Source: a virus
IMG/VR virus record: IMGVR_UViG_3300026484_000095
Location: 1-64,000 of that record
Length of the DNA: 64,000 nt
Strand: one strand, 5' to 3'
Shown: one piece after another, positions 56,842-64,000 of the stretch
How the letters are laid out: each line of letters begins with the position of its first letter
How positions within the stretch are numbered: position 1 is the stretch's first letter
Notes under the pieces: model-generated
Databases searched by the model: none
What the model was told of the DNA's origin: nothing
Seen by the model: only the letters and a program-made list of their open reading frames with translations
Program-made: the position numbers and the translations under genes

Positions 56842-58340
56842 AGATAGAAATAAACACACCTGATGGGTGGCAAGAGGTAAGAAACTTCCAAGATAAAGGA
56901 TTTCAACATAGTATAAGAGTGGGTTTCTTCCGACCTGATAATCGTGAGATTATTTATGTTACCTGCTCTATTATGCACAGATTCCTATTATCAACTGGAG
57001 AGTGGATAGAGGCTGATTTACTCACAGAAGGTCATTTTATCCAATCTAAATGGGGTAATCTAAAATTTATGGCAAGAACAGATATGGGAGAACAACCTGT
57101 ATATGACATAGAGGTAAAGCACCCTAATCATAGATATTATACAAATGGTATTGTTTCTCACAATTCGGGAAAAACAACAATATGTTATCAGTCGATAGCA
57201 AGTGCACTGCAAAAGGGTTGGGTCGGTTGTATGTTCGATAATGAGCAGACTTTTGATAGTGATTATGCTCGTGCTTTAGGTGTAGAGATAGGAGAGAATT
57301 TTCAAGTGTTCCAACCTGATGATGCCGAAGAAGCAGAAGCTATATTCAATGAACTAGTCGGTATTGGTAAAGATGGTAAAACAAAAACACCTCTTCTCCC
57401 TGATATGGATTTTATAATTATTGATAGTATCACAGCTTGGGCACCTCGTAAATTGATGGCTATTGAAAATTCAACTGGTGAAGGTCAAACAAAAGGATTG
57501 CACGCCGCTTATTGGACTAATTTCAGTCGTAAGTTACAGATAGCTATTAAAAAGAGAAAGATTGCTTGTCTATGCACTAATCAGGTTCGTAACAAGTTGC
57601 AGATGGGTGGCTCGTTTCAAGCACAAGCTATGAAAGACACTGGTATCGGTGCAGGTTTCAGTCAAGATGCAGGGTGGACTACAACTGGTGGTAATGCTCT
57701 TAGATTTTATATGTCTGTGAGAACTCTAATGTATCAAGCTAAGAAGCTGAAAGAGACGAGAGTTATTAGAGGTGTAGAAACAGATGTAGACGAAGCACAT
57801 TGGGTGGAGTTCAAAAATGTTAAAAACAAAGTATCAGCACCTTTTAGAAAAGCTAGATTGGTTCTTAGATATGGTGTAGGAACTGATGATATTCCTCCTA
57901 TGATGGAGTATCTTAAATTGAATGGTATCATAACAAATGCAGGTGCTAACTTGATGTATAAGTCAAGTGACGGTAGTTGTGATGTTAAAGAGTTCGGAGC
58001 TAAGAAGTTCGATAAGGCTATGAAAGACCCTACTGTTGTTAAAGATATGAGAAAACAATATATAGCATTGAAAAGAGAAGAAGACCCTTATGCAGATGAA
58101 GATGAGGACATAGCAGTATTCTCTGACGATGAAGATGGAGTGGAGTTCGACGAAGAAGAGGTTGATTTTGATGAAGTAGAAACTGATAATGAAATCGAAG
58201 ATGAGGAAGAGGACAGTGGCTCTATAAAAGATTGGTCGTTAGCTGATTTAAAACAACTTGCAAAAGATGAAAAAATCAAAATCGTTGGTAAAGTAACTAA
58301 AGAGAAGTTGCTTAAAAAATTGTTAAAAATATATGATTAG
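56838..58340 (+). CDS. recA: 109-aa split intein C-fragment fused to RecA/UvsX C-extein with acidic + HeH tail
   Basis: TPDGW, TCSIMH block B, VYDIEV block F, IVSHN|SGKTT; then DNEQTFD, IIDS, NQVR, TTGGNALRFY, KNKVSAPF. Confidence 0.92.
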   Translation: MKIEINTPDGWQEVRNFQDKGFQHSIRVGFFRPDNREIIYVTCSIMHRFLLSTGEWIEADLLTEGHFIQSKWGNLKFMARTDMGEQPVYDIEVKHPNHRYYTNGIVSHNSGKTTICYQSIASALQKGWVGCMFDNEQTFDSDYARALGVEIGENFQVFQPDDAEEAEAIFNELVGIGKDGKTKTPLLPDMDFIIIDSITAWAPRKLMAIENSTGEGQTKGLHAAYWTNFSRKLQIAIKKRKIACLCTNQVRNKLQMGGSFQAQAMKDTGIGAGFSQDAGWTTTGGNALRFYMSVRTLMYQAKKLKETRVIRGVETDVDEAHWVEFKNVKNKVSAPFRKARLVLRYGVGTDDIPPMMEYLKLNGIITNAGANLMYKSSDGSCDVKEFGAKKFDKAMKDPTVVKDMRKQYIALKREEDPYADEDEDIAVFSDDEDGVEFDEEEVDFDEVETDNEIEDEEEDSGSIKDWSLADLKQLAKDEKIKIVGKVTKEKLLKKLLKIYD

Positions 58341-58560
58341 GGGGTATAAAATGAGAAAAGGTTACCATAAGAAAATTGGTTTAGATGGGTTGAAGCACCG
58401 TAAGGATATTATGCGATTGGAGAGCATAATCATACGATTAGGTTATAGTCATAATGATTATCGTATTAACTATTTCAATGAAAAAGCTGAGATGGTTATA
58501 ACTAATCAAGAGCTACATAGAGATTTTAAAACAATTCGTAGAACATCTTACGGAGAGTAA
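58333..58560 (+). CDS. Small hypothetical protein
   Basis: Overlapping ORF. Confidence 0.45.
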   Translation: MIRGYKMRKGYHKKIGLDGLKHRKDIMRLESIIIRLGYSHNDYRINYFNEKAEMVITNQELHRDFKTIRRTSYGE

Positions 58561-58561
58561 G

Positions 58562-59014
58562 ATGTCTTTATTTAGCTATGATGAAGTAAAGCAAAAGGAA
58601 GCTATTGAATCCTTTTATAATGCTATTACGGCGGTCTTTAAACAAGCAATCATAGTTCCGAAATACAGAGAGGGTTTGTATGTTATACCCCTCTCAAAAA
58701 ACAAATATGAAATCCCTGAAATAGATACTGTTGAGTTAATGAATGGGAACTATGATGAGTATATATCTCTTTTTATGGAGTTCAACTCTCCTATAAATAT
58801 AAGTAATATATCTTATATCAACTCCCTATCTGATAATATATTAAATGATTCTAATTATCTACTAATTAAACAGCAAGTAGAAGCTAAGGTTGATGTTTTG
58901 GTAAGAGCTATCAGTTCCTCTTTTAAAGCAACTGCTACCGCCTCTATTATTGATATAATAGATAATGGCGAGATTCTTTGGCAATTAGAATTAACTATAA
59001 GGGTGGGAAGATGA
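58562..59014 (+). CDS. Hypothetical protein
   Basis: GGAG RBS. Confidence 0.55.
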   Translation: MSLFSYDEVKQKEAIESFYNAITAVFKQAIIVPKYREGLYVIPLSKNKYEIPEIDTVELMNGNYDEYISLFMEFNSPINISNISYINSLSDNILNDSNYLLIKQQVEAKVDVLVRAISSSFKATATASIIDIIDNGEILWQLELTIRVGR

Positions 59015-59742
59015 GTACAGTAAGGAAAAGACGAAAAAAGCTACAAATAACAAAAAATAATGTATATAATGGCGATTCTTTAAAGCTAGTAAAGTATATA
59101 AAGGATAATTCTATAGATTTAATTATAACAGACCCTCCTTATGAGCTTGATATAAAGGACGGTGTCAAAGAGTGTTCTATACATTCCATACAAAAGCATA
59201 ATGACAAAGAGTTTTTAGCAATGTGTAGTGGGTTTGACATAGATGTCTACCTTAAGGAATGGAGTCGTGTCCTTAAAAAGATTAATATGTTTATATTTTG
59301 CAGTAGTCAGCAAATATCCTCACTTATGAAATGGGGCGAAGATAGAAATTATCTTGTTACCCTATTAACTTGGTGGAAATACAATTCTGTCCCTTTCTCC
59401 AATGGTGTTTATAGACCTGATACAGAATACATAGTTCATATTAGAGAGCGAGGGGCAACCTTTCAAGGTAGTGCTAAAATCAAATCTAAAGTATTCAGAA
59501 TCCCAACTGAAGTATCTAGGTTTAATCACCCAACTGAGAAGCCTATATTCTTTTATAAGAGATTCTTAGAGCTTTGTTCTAATGAGGGGGATTTAGTTTT
59601 AGACCCCTTTGGGGGTAGTGGCACATTAGCATCTGCTTGTATTGATATGGGTCGTGATTATATTCTGTTTGAGAAAAACAAGAAGCACTTTGAAACAATA
59701 AAAGAACGAATAGAGTTATGTAGTTCTACTTGGGAGTATTAG
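59011..59742 (+). CDS. Beta-class N4/N6 DNA methyltransferase (third)
   Basis: TDPPY, HPTEKP, LDPFGGSGT; ATGA overlap at 59011. Confidence 0.9.
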   Translation: MSTVRKRRKKLQITKNNVYNGDSLKLVKYIKDNSIDLIITDPPYELDIKDGVKECSIHSIQKHNDKEFLAMCSGFDIDVYLKEWSRVLKKINMFIFCSSQQISSLMKWGEDRNYLVTLLTWWKYNSVPFSNGVYRPDTEYIVHIRERGATFQGSAKIKSKVFRIPTEVSRFNHPTEKPIFFYKRFLELCSNEGDLVLDPFGGSGTLASACIDMGRDYILFEKNKKHFETIKERIELCSSTWEY

Positions 59743-59743
59743 A

Positions 59744-60949
59744 ATGTATACTTTAAGAGCTAAGAATTTCCAAAGATATAAAAATGTTCAGATGGGTATA
59801 GATAATTTTACTGTTTTGGAAGGACCTTCATCATTGGGCAAATCAGCTATTGTTAGAGCTATTGAAGTAGCAACTAAAAATAGTTGGTCGGCTAGTTATG
59901 TAACACAAGGTCAGAAATCTACTTCTATTCAATTAACATCAGATGACTTCGATATTCAAGTAGCTAAGGGTAACAAGAACTCTTTTATCATTAAAACAGA
60001 TAAAGGTTTAAAAGAATACTCTAAGGCAGGTAAAGATGTTCCATCTGAAATTTTAGACTTAGGCTTCTCTCCTTTGGTAACTGGTTCAGATAATAAAATT
60101 GATTTAATGCTTTCAGGTCAATATGACCCTCTGTTTATGGTTAGCTATTCAGATATGTTGAATACCAACATATTAAATAGTGTTTTTGGTATATCAAAAC
60201 TGGAAAAAGCTAATAGCTTAGTTATTAAAGATATTAGTGTAGCAAAGAAAGAACTTCAAAGAAATGTCAAGGATATTGAATATAAGAACAAAGAGCTTAA
60301 CCGTAACAAAGAGTTACAAGAGCAGTTTTTAGTTATCAAAGATAAATACAGTAATGCAGAAGATATAGGGAGCTATCACGGGCTTAAAAATGATTATATC
60401 AAGGTAAAAGGTAGTCTAAGTGATTTAAAGAGCTTACAAGCTAATTATGATAAGTTACGAGAGCTAAGAGATAGTATTCATCTTATTAGTGATTTTATAG
60501 ATGTATGCAGAGATATTGATAATTTGAAACCTAAATTAGATAAAGCAACTAATAAAGTTAAAGCTATTGAAATTTTAGATGGTTTATACTCCATCTTAGA
60601 TTACAATGATGTAGACCTAGATATTATCAGAGTAGGTATGGATTTAGATAGTTTAAAAAGTAAAACTGCACATTATAAACAGTCTGATGATTTACTACAA
60701 GATATATATCTTGTTAGCGATTTTGTAGCTATAAATGAAGATATATATAAGATGACCACAAGCATATCGTTGAAAAAGGCAACTCTTGATTTAGCATTAT
60801 TACAAGATTATCTATTGAAATCAGATTTATTAAAAGTAAAAAGAAATGCTATAACTGGCATATATGGTAGTGTTAAGCAGATAGAGAGTGAAATATCCAA
60901 TATAGGATACTGTCCTTGCTGTAATCAAAAAATAGGAGTTCATAAATGA
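59744..60949 (+). CDS. SbcC/Rad50/gp46-like ATPase, N-terminal half ending at the zinc hook
   Basis: KNFQRY, GPSSLGKS, Q-loop GQYD, coiled coil, terminal CPCC. Confidence 0.75.
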   Translation: MYTLRAKNFQRYKNVQMGIDNFTVLEGPSSLGKSAIVRAIEVATKNSWSASYVTQGQKSTSIQLTSDDFDIQVAKGNKNSFIIKTDKGLKEYSKAGKDVPSEILDLGFSPLVTGSDNKIDLMLSGQYDPLFMVSYSDMLNTNILNSVFGISKLEKANSLVIKDISVAKKELQRNVKDIEYKNKELNRNKELQEQFLVIKDKYSNAEDIGSYHGLKNDYIKVKGSLSDLKSLQANYDKLRELRDSIHLISDFIDVCRDIDNLKPKLDKATNKVKAIEILDGLYSILDYNDVDLDIIRVGMDLDSLKSKTAHYKQSDDLLQDIYLVSDFVAINEDIYKMTTSISLKKATLDLALLQDYLLKSDLLKVKRNAITGIYGSVKQIESEISNIGYCPCCNQKIGVHK

Positions 60950-61440
60950 GTGAGAATACTAAGGTCGCTATTGAAGAAGTGAAAAAGCTACTTAGAAAGC
61001 AAGAGAAAATTCAAAAATGGCTGAAAAAGAATGGTAAACCTAAAAATCAAAACATTCAACATAAGATAGCTTTTGCTTATGCTGTTTTAGATTTTCTATA
61101 CCATAATGAGTGCAGAACACACAAAGCATTGCTACCTAACAGTATGTTCTTTAAAGACGGAAGTGTCGTAGCAAAAGGTATTGAAGATGTACTAAATAGA
61201 GATGTTCAATCTTTCGTGAAAAAGGTTAGAAGTGTAGCATTTAGAAACCCTGCACATTGGTTTCTTTTTAGAGTAGCACCTTCAAGAAGAGGTCAAGTTC
61301 TAGGGTTGGAGTCAAAGTATGAAACCATCTCTAAGTTAGTAGGGAGACTATCTAAATCGGAGCTAGAGGATTTAGAAGACCTGATTCAAAATCGTTATGC
61401 AGTAGAGCTAACAGAAGAGGAGAAAAACTGTGAGAGTTGA
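60946..61440 (+). CDS. Hypothetical protein
   Basis: ATGA overlap. Confidence 0.55.
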   Translation: MSENTKVAIEEVKKLLRKQEKIQKWLKKNGKPKNQNIQHKIAFAYAVLDFLYHNECRTHKALLPNSMFFKDGSVVAKGIEDVLNRDVQSFVKKVRSVAFRNPAHWFLFRVAPSRRGQVLGLESKYETISKLVGRLSKSELEDLEDLIQNRYAVELTEEEKNCES

Positions 61441-62491
61441 TATTTATAAAGATGGTATAGGTTATGTGACTGATGAGGTGTCTGAAATCCCAACTTATCT
61501 AGCAAATGCTAGTGAGGGAAATAGACAAAAGTTTGTTACAGACCTCGCCGCAGTAAGTCGTGGTAAGAGTTCAAGTAACAACCCTGCTCTGAGATACAAG
61601 AAGCTATTGAAAGAAGCCGCACCTAAGTTCAAAGGGCTAGATGGTTACAAAATTGCTATGGAGTGTATTAACGATAAAGTTTCAATGGGTAAAAGCCCAA
61701 GTAGACCTTTGGAGTTCTTACCTATCATAGTCCATATATTCCTTGATGCAGGTGCAGTAACTATGTGGAAAACTAATTATAGTGATTCAGATGACCCTAT
61801 CTTTGAGTTCAAAGATTTAGCAGAATTTAACAATAGCTTAGGTAATCACTCTTATTTAGAGAAAATCCCTGATGAAGATAACTTATATAGATGTTATACA
61901 AATATGAGAGCTATGTTAAATGCAGGTGTTCCTTATGATAGTGTACCTTATGCGAGAGAGAGCGATTTACCTTTTTATAAAGAGTTCAAAGCACTTAAAG
62001 CAAGAGTTCCTATGTTTGCATTTAATCATCTAATCACTCATACAGCATTATCAAAAGAAGCTCAAAGTGATAGAGTAACTAAAGATGGTGAGTATTGGTT
62101 ACCTTCTGATTTAAGAAAAAGAGCCTATGAATATAATGATGTAGAGGATACCTCTTATAGAGAAGTCTATACTGAATGGACTGAAGTATCAGCTAGTATT
62201 TTATCTTTTGAAGATAGAAATAAATTAGTTAGTAAATTACTGAGTTTATCTCAAAATGTAGTACAAGCTTATTTGAAAGCTCTTGGTTATGAGCAAGAGA
62301 TATACCAAAGAGCTATGTTGGAGTTCAGATATAAAGAAGTTGTTATGACTGGTTGGTATAACAATCCAAAAACATTTAGACACTTTATGATTGAAAGAGA
62401 AGCATATCCTACTTTACACGAGAGTTGGGTGCAAAATGAAACAAGATTGTTAGCAAACGGTGTTAGAGAAGTGTTAGAGGTTTCTTTTTAA
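61430..62491 (+). CDS. Divergent ThyX-like (FAD-dependent thymidylate synthase) protein
   Basis: LAAVSRG; VPMFAFNHLITHTALSKEAQSDRV resembles the RHRx7SxR motif region. Confidence 0.5.
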   Translation: MRVDIYKDGIGYVTDEVSEIPTYLANASEGNRQKFVTDLAAVSRGKSSSNNPALRYKKLLKEAAPKFKGLDGYKIAMECINDKVSMGKSPSRPLEFLPIIVHIFLDAGAVTMWKTNYSDSDDPIFEFKDLAEFNNSLGNHSYLEKIPDEDNLYRCYTNMRAMLNAGVPYDSVPYARESDLPFYKEFKALKARVPMFAFNHLITHTALSKEAQSDRVTKDGEYWLPSDLRKRAYEYNDVEDTSYREVYTEWTEVSASILSFEDRNKLVSKLLSLSQNVVQAYLKALGYEQEIYQRAMLEFRYKEVVMTGWYNNPKTFRHFMIEREAYPTLHESWVQNETRLLANGVREVLEVSF

Positions 62492-62512
62492 AACATATTG
62501 AGGTGTGTTAAT

Positions 62513-62701
62513 ATGAATGAGAAACTGTATAAGGATTATGTGAGGGTGTGTATAGAGAAAAATCTAACATACCCTCCTCTACAGGACTGGTTAAAAAGAA
62601 TGGAGCATAAAGAGGTTAAAAAAGTGCGATATAAATCTGTTGAGACTTCTTTAGAGCAAGAGTTAGATGTAGCAAGGGAGTTACATAACTTATATAGATG
62701 A
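62513..62701 (+). CDS. Small hypothetical protein
   Basis: GAGGTG RBS; N-terminus similar to next gene. Confidence 0.55.
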   Translation: MNEKLYKDYVRVCIEKNLTYPPLQDWLKRMEHKEVKKVRYKSVETSLEQELDVARELHNLYR

Positions 62702-62711
62702 GGATTTTGAT

Positions 62712-64000
62712 ATGGAAGATAAGTTACACAAACTGTGGTTAGATTATTTAAGAATTTGTGAGGAAAAAGGTTTCACTCCCACTCCTGAACAAGAGTGGAA
62801 AGAGAGTAACAGACATAGCTTAAAAGGTGTCAAGGTTGCTAAAACAAATAAAGATGATTTGCTAGAAGAACCATTAGAAGATATAGAACAAGATGAGCCT
62901 TTAGTTATTTCTGAGTCTAAACCTACTGGTAGTAGAGTAGATTTATACATAGCTAAAGTAAATGAAATACCTGAGCATAAGTTGATGGAAGTTGCTAAGT
63001 ATCTTAATGTTACTGTTCAGTATTTTAGAGATAATGCTATATCTATCTTTGGAACTAATTCTAGTATAAGAAATGCTATCATTAAGGCTTATCACTCTTG
63101 TGATAATATCTTTTGTGCTAAAAACATCAATGAGAGAATACAGCTAAGATTGAGTAACCAACATTTAAAAGCTGATAAGGTAGTAGAGCATAAACCTGAA
63201 CAGCGAGAAGTAGAGGTTAGAGAAGATAGTAAACCGTTACCAAAAGAAGATGTTAAAAGAGAGGTCAAAGCTGATATTGTAGATGAGTATTACTCTATAC
63301 AAGAAGCTATAGATAAGCTACAAATTCAGAGAGCTACTTTATTGTTATATATCCGAAGAGAAGATATAAAAGGTTCTGTTAAGGACGATAAAGTTCTTAA
63401 AGCTGATATTGACAAACGATATAATGATTTAGTAGCCAAAGGTAAGCTAGGTAAATTAGGTCGTAAGAAATTTACTAAACAATCTTCTGATAGTGTTCCA
63501 ACTAAAAAAACAAAAGAGCAGATAGAAGAGCCAAAAAAAGTAGAGGTTAGAGAAGAACCAACAGTGCAGAGAACTATTTTAGATAGTGAAACAGTAGAAC
63601 TGGTTTATAAGTCTGTTCCTTTTTCAGTAGCACTTAAAGTGTTAGGTGTAACAATGTTCACCTTAGTAGCTCAAATTGAAAAAGGTATAATCAGAGCTGA
63701 CTATGATTTAGGTTTAGTTTCTTATCAAGATATATTGAGTAAAGCCAAATATAATCTAACTAGAAAGAATTGTAAAGTTAATCCTGACTTTCAAAAGATG
63801 CTTGATGGAGCTAGTATATCTCATTTAGAAGATAAAAAATATATAGTTAAAGATGTCCATACTGTTGTTGAGGAAGTCCATACTGAGAAAGTAGTGTATA
63901 AAGATAAGGTCGTAGTTGATAAGAAGTTTACTAAGGCTTATAAAAAGTTAAGTAAGAGAAAACAGAGATATTTCTACCATAAGATAATGGCTGAAGTATT
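62712..64000 (+). CDS. Large protein with multiple MerR/excisionase-like HTH motifs, 3'-truncated by window edge (absent from ORF track)
   Basis: MEDKLHKLWLDY...; YYSIQEAIDKLQIQRATLLLYIRR, VPFSVALKVLGVTMFTL; frame appears open to end. Confidence 0.65.
   Translation, partial: MEDKLHKLWLDYLRICEEKGFTPTPEQEWKESNRHSLKGVKVAKTNKDDLLEEPLEDIEQDEPLVISESKPTGSRVDLYIAKVNEIPEHKLMEVAKYLNVTVQYFRDNAISIFGTNSSIRNAIIKAYHSCDNIFCAKNINERIQLRLSNQHLKADKVVEHKPEQREVEVREDSKPLPKEDVKREVKADIVDEYYSIQEAIDKLQIQRATLLLYIRREDIKGSVKDDKVLKADIDKRYNDLVAKGKLGKLGRKKFTKQSSDSVPTKKTKEQIEEPKKVEVREEPTVQRTILDSETVELVYKSVPFSVALKVLGVTMFTLVAQIEKGIIRADYDLGLVSYQDILSKAKYNLTRKNCKVNPDFQKMLDGASISHLEDKKYIVKDVHTVVEEVHTEKVVYKDKVVVDKKFTKAYKKLSKRKQRYFYHKIMAEV

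Noticed and set aside
929-62950. Minus-strand ORFs in the ORF track
   Set aside because: All are short shadows of + strand genes with Ser/Phe/Leu-biased antisense composition and no RBS.

Overview
This AT-rich window (GC roughly 30%, judged by eye) has essentially every gene on the + strand and looks like part of a large/jumbo lytic phage of a Gram-negative host. The promoter architecture (TTAAG repeats plus a TATAAT/TATCAT -10 box) points to a Campylobacterota-type host; this is inference. Layout: (1) 1-9.7 kb: a carbamoyltransferase end and probable virion/structural genes. (2) 9.7-15.3 kb: an operon-like block of membrane protein, receiver-only response regulator, membrane histidine kinase, small secreted protein and beta-barrel outer-membrane protein, running directly into a holin/i-spanin/o-spanin/M15 endolysin cassette. 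(3) 15.5-24.6 kb: KTSC protein, thioredoxin, QueC-like PP-loop enzyme, SNF2 helicase, J-domain protein, DnaC/DnaB-like genes and a DNA methyltransferase. (4) 24.9-42.4 kb: many small genes behind at least 13 copies of a rigidly spaced promoter module, plus UvrD, a sigma factor and a primase zinc finger. (5) 42.4-64 kb: replication/recombination genes including an N-terminal-only PolA, an HD-GYP + GGDEF pair, second UvrD, Pif1, SSB-like, EndoVII, a RecA fractured by an atypically split intein with a free-standing endonuclease between the halves, half-SbcC and a ThyX-like gene. The top candidates for new biology are the two-component/porin/secreted-protein module coupled to the lysis cassette, the split-intein recA, the phage c-di-GMP pair, and polybasic terminal tags shared by DNA-metabolism proteins. 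All family calls come from motif recognition by eye; no database searches were run.
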